Source: Candidatus Dadabacteria bacterium (GTDB taxonomy: Bacteria > Desulfobacterota_D > UBA1144 > Nemesobacterales > Nemesobacteraceae). From it: a stretch of 64,000 bases of DNA. The position numbers and the translations under genes are program-made. The notes below the pieces were generated by a model that saw only the letters and a list, made by a program, of their open reading frames with translations, made no database searches and was not told the origin of the DNA. Location of the stretch: the NCBI GenBank assembly GCA_022822065.1, contig JAJECI010000007.1:10488-74487 (forward strand). Direction: 5' to 3'. This document shows positions 1 to 9,000 of this stretch, in pieces. The first letter of the stretch is position 1, and every line of letters begins with the position of its first letter.

Positions 1-589
1 CAAGAAGTGAAGAGCCCATAACGATGAGAACCTCGGAGTCTGATACGAGATCAATCGATCTCTCCCACGGTTCTTCGGGAAGAGCCTCTCCGAAAAAAAC
101 CGCGTCGGGTTTCAGAATACCCCCGCACTCCGGGCAGAGCGGAGGATTCTCCCCCTCAAAAACCCTGCTCATCACATCTTCCATCGGATAATACTCCCGG
201 CACTGGAGGCAAACAACGCGCCTTACGGAACCGTGGAGCTCAAACACGTTCTCAGAACCCGCCTTCGTGTGCAGGCCATCCACATTCTGCGTTATAACGC
301 CCTTGAGCCAGCCCCTTTTCTCAAGACGCGCAAGCCCGTAATGACCCGCGTTGGGCCGGGCAGCCGCCCTCACCGGATAAGATTCCATGGCGTAGGAGTA
401 GTAATTTTCGGGATTTCTCAAAAACCCGGAGAGCGAGACCACCGACTGGTCCATTTTTTCCCACATGCCTGTCCCGGGGGAACGGTAGTCGGGTATTCCG
501 GATTCAGTGCTTATTCCAGCTCCCGTGAAGGCAACCGCACTGTTGGTTTTCTCAAGCAGTTCTAAAAAGAGCCTTACTTCTCTTTCCAT
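1..589 (-). CDS. cobB: NAD-dependent protein deacylase, Sir2/CobB family (3' end runs off the window)
   Basis: Not in ORF track. Manual minus-strand translation from ATG at 589 gives [37 protein letters not shown]...[13 protein letters not shown]...FELHGS...CLQC...[17 protein letters not shown]...GSSL, i.e. the sirtuin motifs and Zn-binding cysteines. Confidence 0.95.
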   Translation of the reverse strand, partial: MEREVRLFLELLEKTNSAVAFTGAGISTESGIPDYRSPGTGMWEKMDQSVVSLSGFLRNPENYYSYAMESYPVRAAARPNAGHYGLARLEKRGWLKGVITQNVDGLHTKAGSENVFELHGSVRRVVCLQCREYYPMEDVMSRVFEGENPPLCPECGGILKPDAVFFGEALPEEPWERSIDLVSDSEVLIVMGSSLL

Positions 590-604
590 AAAATAGGCCC
601 GGCG

Positions 605-1210
605 CTAACCGGTAAAAGCAATGAAGTTCGAAGTTCCCTCTACGCTCGCGCACCATCTTCTGACCGATGGATAAATCTCGAGGTCAAATCCCGCTTCGCC
701 GCAAAGCATCGTGTAGGGGTAGCACGCGATGTCGGCTATGGAGTAGTGCCCGCAGAGAAACTCGGTTCGGGAGAGATGGTCTTCAAGGATCGCAAGCGCG
801 ACATTCCCTTGTACGTGAAGTTTCTCGAGCGTCCCCGGCGGTACCTGATCGGGGGGCAGGAACTTCACAAAATACCTCGCAAGCGCCAAGTTAGGATCTA
901 TAGTCGTCTTCCCGAAAAAAGTCCACTGCGCAATCAGACCGTAGGTTTCCGGATCATCCGACAGGTAAGGATTCGGAGAGAATTTGTTCGCCAGGTAGAA
1001 AAGTATCGCGTTTGATTCCCACATAACGAAATCCCCGTCCGCAAGAACCGGGATCTTGCAGTTGGGATTAAGCGCGGAGAATTCCTCCTTTTTATTTTCC
1101 CCTGCGAATATATCAACCGTCACCCCCTCGTATTCGACTGAGAGCTGGTGCAGGAGAAGCTTCGCCTTGTAGGCGTTTCCGGAAAGCGGATGTTCATAAA
1201 GTTTTATCAT
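605..1210 (-). CDS. Glutathione S-transferase family protein
   Basis: N-terminal SGNAYK, LNPNCKIPVL and WESNAILFYL motifs; C-terminal YSIADIA motif. Confidence 0.93.
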   Translation of the reverse strand: MIKLYEHPLSGNAYKAKLLLHQLSVEYEGVTVDIFAGENKKEEFSALNPNCKIPVLADGDFVMWESNAILFYLANKFSPNPYLSDDPETYGLIAQWTFFGKTTIDPNLALARYFVKFLPPDQVPPGTLEKLHVQGNVALAILEDHLSRTEFLCGHYSIADIACYPYTMLCGEAGFDLEIYPSVRRWCASVEGTSNFIAFTG

Positions 1211-1211
1211 T

Positions 1212-1706
1212 CTAATCCCTCACGTATTGTAAAAATTCTTCGCTCAGGTGCTCGAGGCCGAATATCTCACGCAGAACTTCCTTTCGGGGAGAGACGTAGG
1301 TCACTGTGGCACTTGCCAGTTCGGTTCCGTCCTCATCCCTTATGACCGAATCGACCTCGATCCACCTTCCCCTGATTTCCTTTATCTTCGCTCTCACGTC
1401 CAGAGTCCGGCCGCTTGGAACCTTCTTCATATAAACCATGTCTATTCTCGCCGTAAGGGCAATCTTACGGGTTTCATTGAACATTGCCCAGAAAGAAACC
1501 TCGTCGACAAGGGCGCACTGCACTCCCCCGTGCACTATCCCCGGCCAGCCGCAGAAATGCTCCTCGGCAGAGACGGTAGTGAATACCTCGCCGGTTTCCT
1601 GATCATGAAAAAACTTAAGGCGGAGGCCGTGCTCGTTGTGCGGAGCGCAGGCAAAGCAGTTATAACCCGGAAAACCGGAGAACACGTTTTCAATTTCCTT
1701 TATCAT
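1212..1706 (-). CDS. PaaI-family hotdog-fold thioesterase
   Basis: CFAC motif and GWPGIVHGGVQCALVDE signature. Confidence 0.9.
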   Translation of the reverse strand: MIKEIENVFSGFPGYNCFACAPHNEHGLRLKFFHDQETGEVFTTVSAEEHFCGWPGIVHGGVQCALVDEVSFWAMFNETRKIALTARIDMVYMKKVPSGRTLDVRAKIKEIRGRWIEVDSVIRDEDGTELASATVTYVSPRKEVLREIFGLEHLSEEFLQYVRD

Positions 1707-4139
1707 CTAGTCCCCTTCTGCGACTTTCGCGACCGCAGCCACAAGCTCTTCAGGCTCAAGGTTTATGACTTTTACCCCCTGGGTGCTGCGCCCCGTGTTG
1801 CGTATCTCGGAGACGTTTGTTCTTATCAGCTTCCCCGCCTGATCACTTATAATCATAATTTCCGTTTCGTCATCCACCTGAAACGCTCCGACCACCCTTC
1901 CGTTTTTCTCGGTTATGTTGACGGTCTTTACCCCGAGCCCTCCTCTCCTCGTAAGCCTGTACTCAGATACGCTGGTGCGTTTTCCGTAACCCATCTCTGT
2001 AACCGTGAGTATCTGCGCGTTCTGGTTCTTTATGACCTCAAGGCTCACCACCTCGTCCCCTTTCCTGAGATTTATGCCCTTAACGCCGATTGACACCCTG
2101 CCCATGTTCCTTACGTCAGTGCCCTTGAACCTGATCGCCTGGCCGTTCCTTGAAGTAAGAAGCACCTCGTCCTCCTCAGACGCGAGCTCCGCCCCCACAA
2201 GCTCATCTCCCTTGAGTATGTTAAGGGCGATTATTCCCCCCACACGGGGATTAGAATACGCCCCTAGCTTCGTTTTCTTGACGATTCCATTCCGAGTCGC
2301 CATAACTATGGAGACATCTTCTGAAAAGTCCTTGACGGGCAGCACGGCCGCCACCTTCTCCCCCTTGTCTAGGTTAAGCAGGTTAACCATCGCCCTTCCA
2401 CGCGCCGCTGGAGAGGCTTCGGGAATCCCGTAGACTTTGAGCCAGTAGCATCTCCCGAAGTTTGAGAAAAACAGAATGCTGGTGTGTCTTGACGCGGTGA
2501 ACAGGTCGTTAACGAAATCGGCATCCTTGGTACCCATTCCGGTTCTTCCCCGCCCGCCCCTTCTCTGGTTTCGATAAACGCTGAGCGGTATGCTCTTTAT
2601 GTAACCCCCGTAGGTCGTTGTAACCACCATCTCCTCGTCGGTTATGAGATCCTCGATGGACATCTCTCCCACATCCTCGACAATCTCGGTTCTCCTTGTG
2701 TCCCCGAATTTCTCCCTGAGCTCGGTGAGTTCCTCCACCGCGAGATCGAGTATGAGCTTTTCGCTTCCCAGTATTTCCTTGAGTTTCGCCACGGTCGCGA
2801 TGAGTTCGCGTCTTTCCTCGAGGATCTTGTCCCTCTCAAGCGCCGTAAGCCTCTGAAGGCGCATCTCCAAAATGGCCTGGGCCTGGCGCTCAGAAAGCGC
2901 AAACGTCCGCACAAGACCGGCTTTCGCGGCCGCGGGACTCTCAGAGCCTTTTATGAGCTCAACGATTTCGTCGAGGTTATCAAGAGCGATCTTGAACCCC
3001 TCGAGAATGTGAAGGCGCTCCTCCGCCTTGCGAAGCTCGTACTGGGTTCTGCGGGTAATAACTTCCTTTCTGTGTTCTATGAAGTGGGCAAGCAGCTCCT
3101 TTAGGCTAAGGACCTTCGGCTGGTTTCTCACAAGCGCGAGCATTATGATGCCAAAAGAGGTGTACATCTGCGTATGCTTGTAAAGCTGGTTGAGAACCAC
3201 TTGGGCGTGTTCTCCGCTTTTCACGTCAATAACGAGCCTTATTCCTTCCCTGTCGGATTCATCCCTTATGTCGGAGATGCCCTTTATCTTCTCCTCTCTT
3301 ACGAGTTCGGCGATTTTCTGGGCCAGTCGCGCCTTGTTAACCTGGTAGGGAAGCTCGGTGACGATTATCACTTCCCTGTCCCCTTTTTTCTGCTTCTCTA
3401 TAAGTACCCTAGCCCTCATCCTTACTATTCCGCGGCCGGTGGCGTAGGCGGTGCGGATGTCATCGCGACCACTTACAAAACCCCCAGTGGGAAAATCCGG
3501 TCCCGGCATGATCTCAAGCAGCCTGTCCACAGTAATTTGGGGGTCGCGTATCTGGGCCACCACGGCGTCGAGAAGCTCCCCGAGGTTATGAGGAGGAATA
3601 TTGGTCGCCATGCCCACCGCGATTCCCGAAGAACCGTTTAAAAGAAGGTTGGGGACCTTGGTCGGCAGGACGCTCGGCTCAAGTTCTCCCCCGTCGTAAT
3701 TCGGATAGAACTCAACTGTTTCTTTGTCGAGGTCCTCAAGCATCTCAGAAGAGATTCTTGAGAGCCTGACTTCCGTGTAACGCATGGCCGCCGGGCTGTC
3801 CCCGTCAACGGAACCGAAGTTGCCCTGCCCGTCAACAAGCGGAATCCTCATTGAAAAATCCTGAGCCATCCGGACAAGAGAGTCGTAGATCGCCGAGTCT
3901 CCGTGAGGATGATATTTACCCATGACGTCCCCCACTACCCTCGCGGATTTCTTGTAGGGGCGGTTCCAAACGTTTCCAACCTCGCTCATCCCGTAGAGGA
4001 TTCTTCTATGAACAGGTTTGAGTCCGTCGCGCACGTCGGGAAGAGCCCTTCCGACTATCACGCTCATTGAGTAGCTGAGATAGGACTCCTTCATCTCATC
4101 TTCAATGTTTACAGTCTGCACTCTGGATGAAGTGTCCAT
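1707..4139 (-). CDS. gyrA: DNA gyrase subunit A
   Basis: [27 protein letters not shown], catalytic AAMRYTE, GyrA-box QRRGGRG (separates it from ParC) and C-terminal pinwheel repeats. Confidence 0.98.
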   Translation of the reverse strand: MDTSSRVQTVNIEDEMKESYLSYSMSVIVGRALPDVRDGLKPVHRRILYGMSEVGNVWNRPYKKSARVVGDVMGKYHPHGDSAIYDSLVRMAQDFSMRIPLVDGQGNFGSVDGDSPAAMRYTEVRLSRISSEMLEDLDKETVEFYPNYDGGELEPSVLPTKVPNLLLNGSSGIAVGMATNIPPHNLGELLDAVVAQIRDPQITVDRLLEIMPGPDFPTGGFVSGRDDIRTAYATGRGIVRMRARVLIEKQKKGDREVIIVTELPYQVNKARLAQKIAELVREEKIKGISDIRDESDREGIRLVIDVKSGEHAQVVLNQLYKHTQMYTSFGIIMLALVRNQPKVLSLKELLAHFIEHRKEVITRRTQYELRKAEERLHILEGFKIALDNLDEIVELIKGSESPAAAKAGLVRTFALSERQAQAILEMRLQRLTALERDKILEERRELIATVAKLKEILGSEKLILDLAVEELTELREKFGDTRRTEIVEDVGEMSIEDLITDEEMVVTTTYGGYIKSIPLSVYRNQRRGGRGRTGMGTKDADFVNDLFTASRHTSILFFSNFGRCYWLKVYGIPEASPAARGRAMVNLLNLDKGEKVAAVLPVKDFSEDVSIVMATRNGIVKKTKLGAYSNPRVGGIIALNILKGDELVGAELASEEDEVLLTSRNGQAIRFKGTDVRNMGRVSIGVKGINLRKGDEVVSLEVIKNQNAQILTVTEMGYGKRTSVSEYRLTRRGGLGVKTVNITEKNGRVVGAFQVDDETEIMIISDQAGKLIRTNVSEIRNTGRSTQGVKVINLEPEELVAAVAKVAEGD

Positions 4140-4287
4140 TCCTGAAAAAACCCTCCGGAGGAAAGAAAAAGAATGCTTGCGGAATAAACCGGTTGGATAA
4201 ATATTTTACATGAATAAATCCCCCTCTTCCAGAGCTAGACGCAGACTTTATCGGTAAATTATTCGGGCTCTTAAGCGCACAGCGAAA

Positions 4288-4333
4288 AAGCCGGCAGACT
4301 GCCGGCTTCAACAAATGGAATCCGTGCTATAAT
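4288..4333 (+). promoter_or_regulatory. Perfect 21-bp palindrome followed by an extended -10 element
   Basis: AAGCCGGCAG-A-CTGCCGGCTT at 4288-4308 and TGCTATAAT at 4325-4333, in the divergent gyrA/lipoprotein spacer. Confidence 0.5.
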
Positions 4334-4363
4334 TTAGAAAAAAAGACTTGGGGTTAATCAAAA

Positions 4364-5188
4364 ATGCATAGATACTGCAAGCTGATGGTCATATCGGTTG
4401 TTTTGCTTGCCGCCTGCTCTGACCAGACCTCGAACCGGATCACCGAATGCGAAGGTTCGATAGCACTGTGCACGTTTCAGGAAATAATACCAAGCATACT
4501 GCGCAGTCAGCCGTCCACCCCGCTGGACACTCAGCCATTTAGCATCGACTTTATAGAGGAAAGATACGGAGTTGAGGAAATGAATTGCTCCCACCCGCTT
4601 CTAAGCGATAATTCCGAATTCGTCAGGATAGCGGAGCTTTCCCCGGAGCGGGACATAAAGATATGGTATTCCCGCGAAGAACTTGAAGAATATGACACCG
4701 AAACCGCCTGGGAATGCGCTAACGGCGAGAGCTTTACCGAATACGAGAAGGGAACCCCGAGATCAACATCCGAGTTCCTTATTATAGATGCCACCGTACA
4801 ATATGGAATAGTTGAGGGGACGGTAACGGACCCCGAGATGCTTAAGCAGCTGGAAGCCTTGTGGAGAAACTGCGAAGTCGGAACCGAACCACCTAACTTT
4901 ACGGGCGTTTTTAAAAGTTCTATAGGAGATCTTCCCCCGGAAGCCTTAACGTTCTGCGTGACGCTCGACATACTGCCCGGAGCGGAGCAGTGTTTTCGCA
5001 GGACCACTTCCATAGAAAGACGACGGGAGGACGGTACGCTTTACTATGAAGCGCTTCAGCCGGAATCCATTGAATATTCAAGCCATAACGGAGAAATTGG
5101 CCCTATAGAACAAATGGTCTCCGAGGCCGATTATTGTCGTATCAAGGGGAACTCGGATAGCCAGGCGCGGAGGATAAAAATATTCTGA
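4364..5188 (+). CDS. Hypothetical cysteine-rich acidic lipoprotein
   Basis: 274-aa ORF with lipobox LLAAC (Cys18) and 8 further Cys; no family recognised. Confidence 0.75.
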   Translation: MHRYCKLMVISVVLLAACSDQTSNRITECEGSIALCTFQEIIPSILRSQPSTPLDTQPFSIDFIEERYGVEEMNCSHPLLSDNSEFVRIAELSPERDIKIWYSREELEEYDTETAWECANGESFTEYEKGTPRSTSEFLIIDATVQYGIVEGTVTDPEMLKQLEALWRNCEVGTEPPNFTGVFKSSIGDLPPEALTFCVTLDILPGAEQCFRRTTSIERRREDGTLYYEALQPESIEYSSHNGEIGPIEQMVSEADYCRIKGNSDSQARRIKIF

Positions 5189-5273
5189 TATCTTTGCTGG
5201 GGTTAAAACATTGCAAATCTGATTACAAATGCGGAGCAGATCCGGCTTCGCCGGGAAAACCGGCCTAATCAAC

Positions 5274-5822
5274 ATGCGCGTACTTACAGGACAATCCAAG
5301 GGAAGAATACTGAAGGTTCCGCGGGGAAAACCGCTTAGACCCACCGCGGCCAAAATAAAAAAATCCATCTTTGACATACTGGGTCCCGAAGTGCCGGAAA
5401 CAAGGGTGCTTGACCTGTTCTCGGGCTCGGGAAATCTGGGAATCGAAGCTTTAAGCCTGGGCGCCTCATCCTGCGTGTTTGTTGAGAAAAATCCCGCCGC
5501 GGCGGGGACAATCGCCCAGAACCTGCGTTCCTGCGGGTACACTGAACAATCAAGGATACTCAATTTTGATTTCAGAAAAGCATTGAGTATGTTAAGTGCG
5601 GAAAATTTTGGGTTTGATCTTGTTTTCATCGATCCCCCATATAAGTTTTATGAAAAAACCGAGCCGCACTCGCTTGCCCGCGAGATACGGAGCGTCGTCT
5701 TGGAGAAGGGAGTTATGGTCATTGAACATCCGTCCAGAAGCGTTATGAAGTCCGAGGGATTCGACGTGAGGACCAGAAAATACGGAGGCACCTCCGTAAG
5801 TTTTCTAAGGAGGCTTGATTGA
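5274..5822 (+). CDS. rsmD: 16S rRNA m2G966 methyltransferase
   Basis: MRVLTG...LRPT start, LDLFSGSGNLGIEALSLGA, FIDPPY; upstream of coaD as usual. Start moved to ATG 5274. Confidence 0.93.
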   Translation: MRVLTGQSKGRILKVPRGKPLRPTAAKIKKSIFDILGPEVPETRVLDLFSGSGNLGIEALSLGASSCVFVEKNPAAAGTIAQNLRSCGYTEQSRILNFDFRKALSMLSAENFGFDLVFIDPPYKFYEKTEPHSLAREIRSVVLEKGVMVIEHPSRSVMKSEGFDVRTRKYGGTSVSFLRRLD

Positions 5823-6325
5823 ACGGCAAGACGGTAATCTATCCGGGTTCCTTTGACCCTTTCACAAACGGGCACCTTAACATAATCGCCCGGGCGGCGG
5901 GAATCTTCGAGAAGATCATAATCTCGGTAGGGCACAACACCTCCAAAAAAACAACGCTTTCCACAGAAGAGAGGGTTTCCCTCATTGCCGAGGTGACCAA
6001 GGACTTCCCCAACGTCGAGGTTGAAAGCTTCGAAGGACTGCTGGTCGACTACATAAGAAAAAAGGAAACCAATACCATACTGCGCGGAATGAGATGCCAT
6101 TCGGACTTCGAATACGAACTCCAGATGGCCACAGCGAACAAGCTTATGAACGAAGAGGTGGAAACGCTGTTTATGGTGACCGAAAGCCAGTTCTCCCACA
6201 TAAGCTCATCCCTTATAAAGGAAATAATTTCCCTGGGAGGCTCCGCGAAGGGTTTCGTGCCGGCAGCGGTTGAGGAAAAACTGATCGAGAAACTCCGCCC
6301 GGCAAAAAAGCGGAGGAAGAAATAA
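5819..6325 (+). CDS. coaD: Phosphopantetheine adenylyltransferase
   Basis: YPGSFDPFTNGH, ILRGMR, DFEYE, ISSSLIKE. Confidence 0.97.
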   Translation: MNGKTVIYPGSFDPFTNGHLNIIARAAGIFEKIIISVGHNTSKKTTLSTEERVSLIAEVTKDFPNVEVESFEGLLVDYIRKKETNTILRGMRCHSDFEYELQMATANKLMNEEVETLFMVTESQFSHISSSLIKEIISLGGSAKGFVPAAVEEKLIEKLRPAKKRRKK

Positions 6326-6326
6326 A

Positions 6327-7520
6327 GTGAGGCTTTCAGAAAGGGTAAACAACCTTAAGCCCTCAGCGACTCTTACCATAACGGCAAAAGCCAAGTCGCT
6401 TCGCGCCCAGGGGGTCGACATCATAGGGTTCGGAGCGGGAGAGCCCGATTTTGACACTCCCGAAAACGTGAAAAAAGAGGGCGTAGCCGCGATTAAAAGC
6501 GGTTTTACGAAGTACACAGCCGTGGGAGGAATCGATGAACTCAAAGACGCGATAGCTGCGTCCTTGAAAAAAGATCACGGCCTTGAGTACGCAAGAGACG
6601 AGATAATGGTTTCCTGCGGGGCAAAACACTCTATATACAACATCACCCAGGCACTTTTCGAACCCGGAGACGAGGTCATAATCCCCGCCCCTTACTGGGT
6701 CTCCTATCCCGACCAGGTGGCACTGACGGGCGCAACCCCAGTGATTATAGACACAGACGAGCAAGGGCTTTTCAAGATTACCCCGGAGCAGCTTCAGGCA
6801 GAAATAAACGAAAGGACACGGGCCTTTATTCTTAATTATCCTTCGAACCCCACGGGAACCACGTATTCGCGCGGGGAACTTGAGGAGATAGTGGAAGTCG
6901 CACTGGACGCCGGCCTGATCATAATTTCAGATGAAATATACGAAAAAATAATCTACGCGGACACGGAACACGTATCCGTCTGCTCTCTCAGCGACAAGGC
7001 TAAGAAATCCACCATACTCGTAAACGGAGTGTCCAAATCCTACTCGATGACCGGGTGGCGCATAGGATACGCCGCCGGAGACAAAAGAGTAATAAGCGCG
7101 ATGGCGAAGCTACAGGGCCAGTCAACCTCGAACCCTTCCTCAATTTCGCAGATGGCCGCCCTTGAGGCGCTCAGCGGACCGCAGGAACTGCTCGGCAAAA
7201 GGGCAATGGAATTTGAGAGAAGGAAAAACTTCATAGTAAAAAGGCTGAACGAAATCCCGGGATTCACGTGCTTTGACCCCAGGGGAGCCTTCTATGTGTT
7301 CCCGAGCATAAGTGGTTTCGTGGGTAAAACATACGGAGACAAGAAGATTGACGGATCGATCTCGTTTACAGAATTTCTGCTTGAAGAAGCAAAAGTTGCC
7401 GTCGTGCCGGGCATAGCCTTCGGAAAGGAAAACTATCTCAGGATATCCTACGCGACATCCATGGAGAACATAGAAGAGGGCTTAAACAGAATCGAAGAGG
7501 CGGTAGGGAACCTGCTCTGA
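6327..7520 (+). CDS. aspC: Aspartate aminotransferase (PLP-dependent, class I)
   Basis: GAGEPDF, NYPSNPTG, SDEIY, and PLP-lysine motif SKSYSMTGWRIG. Confidence 0.93.
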   Translation: MRLSERVNNLKPSATLTITAKAKSLRAQGVDIIGFGAGEPDFDTPENVKKEGVAAIKSGFTKYTAVGGIDELKDAIAASLKKDHGLEYARDEIMVSCGAKHSIYNITQALFEPGDEVIIPAPYWVSYPDQVALTGATPVIIDTDEQGLFKITPEQLQAEINERTRAFILNYPSNPTGTTYSRGELEEIVEVALDAGLIIISDEIYEKIIYADTEHVSVCSLSDKAKKSTILVNGVSKSYSMTGWRIGYAAGDKRVISAMAKLQGQSTSNPSSISQMAALEALSGPQELLGKRAMEFERRKNFIVKRLNEIPGFTCFDPRGAFYVFPSISGFVGKTYGDKKIDGSISFTEFLLEEAKVAVVPGIAFGKENYLRISYATSMENIEEGLNRIEEAVGNLL

Positions 7521-7526
7521 TTCGAA

Positions 7527-8645
7527 ATGAACTCCTTTAAAATCGGCCTCTCCGCAACGCTCTCAGGACGCCACGCAATCCAGGGCAGGGAAAGCCTCCG
7601 GGGAATAAAACTTTTTACCGAGGAACTGCGCACCAGGGGCGGAATAGAAACGCGGGAAGGAAAATCCCTGGTTCCAGAACTCATCTTCTACGACGACGAG
7701 AGCATCCCCGAGAAAACAAAGGAGAACACCCTCCGGCTTATAGAAAAAGACAAAGTAGACATACTGCTGGGGCCGTATTCAAGCAGCCTCACGCTTGCGT
7801 GCGTTGAGACCGCGGAGAAGGCCCAAAGAGTAGTGTGGAATTACGGTGGGTCGCTTGACGACATTCCTTCTCGCGCCCGGGGTAAGACGGTAAGCGCGAT
7901 AACCGGGGCATCTTCTTACTTCCAGGCGGTTGTGGATATGATCCACGACTGCTATGCCGAGGCTGCGGACATCTCCGTTTTGCGTCTCGCGGGAAGCCGT
8001 TTTTCCGAGACCGTGTGCGAAGGGGCTCTGCTTCGCGCGGAGAAACTAGGTATTTCGGCGGCCGTTTATGACTTTCCCTCCGGCACAGAAGACTTCTCCG
8101 CCATACTCTCCCGCGCAAAAAGCCGCGGCGCTTCCTGCGTGCTCTGCTGCGGGGGGATGGAAGACGACATAAATCTCGCCAAGTGGATACGGCGGAACTC
8201 AGACTTTGACTTCGGGACAGTGGCGACGCTTGCGGCAGCGGTAAACGAGTTTGAAAAACGTCTCGGGCGGGAAGCAGATGGTTTTGTCTCAACAAGCCAG
8301 TGGGAACCGACGCTTTCTTTGTCCCCGGATTTCGGCCCGAGTCCCGGGGAGTTTTCAGACGGGTTCGCCCGCGCCTACGGATACACGCCCGACTACACCG
8401 CCGCACAGTCCTACAACATGGGACTTATAATCGAGAAACTCATTGAGAGTACAGGTAAAACGGATGAACAGGCCCTTCTGGGCGAAGCCCTGCGCTCTCG
8501 GTTCACGACTTTTTACGGAGATTTCCGTATCGACCCCGAAACCCTGCGCCAGACGGGACACCAAATGCTCGTAACCCAGTGGCAGGATGGGAAGAAAAAA
8601 ATAGTTTTCCCGAAAGAATATTCGAATTCTCGGCTTATGGTCTGA
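7527..8645 (+). CDS. LivJ/LivK-like type I substrate-binding protein, without signal peptide
   Basis: FKIGLSATLSG, YDDES, LLGPYSS, TTFYGDFRID and VTQWQDG match branched-chain amino-acid ABC binding proteins. Confidence 0.85.
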   Translation: MNSFKIGLSATLSGRHAIQGRESLRGIKLFTEELRTRGGIETREGKSLVPELIFYDDESIPEKTKENTLRLIEKDKVDILLGPYSSSLTLACVETAEKAQRVVWNYGGSLDDIPSRARGKTVSAITGASSYFQAVVDMIHDCYAEAADISVLRLAGSRFSETVCEGALLRAEKLGISAAVYDFPSGTEDFSAILSRAKSRGASCVLCCGGMEDDINLAKWIRRNSDFDFGTVATLAAAVNEFEKRLGREADGFVSTSQWEPTLSLSPDFGPSPGEFSDGFARAYGYTPDYTAAQSYNMGLIIEKLIESTGKTDEQALLGEALRSRFTTFYGDFRIDPETLRQTGHQMLVTQWQDGKKKIVFPKEYSNSRLMV

Positions 8646-8650
8646 GAGGG

Positions 8651-8726
8651 TGGTGGAGCCGACGGGAGTCGAACCCGCGACCTCATGAATGCCATTCATG
8701 CGCTCTCCCAACTGAGCTACGGCCCC
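8651..8726 (-). tRNA. tRNA-Ala(GGC)
   Basis: Reverse complement GGGGCCGTAGCTCAGTTGGGAGAGCGCATGAATGGCATTCATGAGGTCGCGGGTTCGACTCCCGTCGGCTCCACCA; G3:U70 pair, CCA encoded. Confidence 0.97.
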
Positions 8727-8744
8727 GAACAAAACAGAATTATA

Positions 8745-8773
8745 AATCTAGTTTCAAGGCAAGTGCATGTCAA
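8745..8773 (-). promoter_or_regulatory. Sigma70-like promoter of tRNA-Ala(GGC)
   Basis: TTGACA-17 bp-TAGATT on the minus strand. Confidence 0.6.
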
Positions 8774-8785
8774 ACCCTGAAAGAG

Positions 8786-8862
8786 TGGTGGAGCCGACGG
8801 GATTTGAACCCGCGACCTCATGAGTGCGATTCATGCGCTCTCCCAGTCTGAGCTACGGCCCC
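8786..8862 (-). tRNA. tRNA-Ala(CGC)
   Basis: Reverse complement GGGGCCGTAGCTCAGACTGGGAGAGCGCATGAATCGCACTCATGAGGTCGCGGGTTCAAATCCCGTCGGCTCCACCA. Confidence 0.96.
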
Positions 8863-8881
8863 ACGAAAAACAGGAGTAATT

Positions 8882-8909
8882 AGTCTATTTCAGGAAACAT
8901 GACTGTCAA
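8882..8909 (-). promoter_or_regulatory. Sigma70-like promoter of tRNA-Ala(CGC)
   Basis: TTGACA-16 bp-TAGACT on the minus strand. Confidence 0.6.
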
Positions 8910-9000
8910 ACCCTCCCCCTTCAGGCAACACTTTCTCTGTATTGTGAGGTGAATTATGTATAATTTCCTTTTTGTGCGTTAAGAAAAAGGAGATTGTCGG

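Noticed and set aside
1248-2093. 281-aa plus-strand ORF, and the many similar 60-270 aa ORFs in the track
   Set aside because: Antisense or out of frame to well-supported genes.
1707-4139. ParC or an intein-containing GyrA
   Set aside because: The GyrA-box is present, the length is normal and there is no insertion after the catalytic Tyr.
5197-5214. GG-N10-GC (GGGGTTAAAACATTGCA) upstream of rsmD
   Set aside because: The -24 half is poor, there is no enhancer site, and the downstream genes are housekeeping.
8355-8851. ORFs 8355-8732 and 8579-8851
   Set aside because: They are translations of the tRNA-Ala genes; the repeated WWSRR peptide reflects the tRNA duplication.
8651-8862. Near-identical repeats as a possible CRISPR array or att sites
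   Set aside because: Both copies are full cloverleaf tRNAs; there are no spacers, cas genes or integrase.
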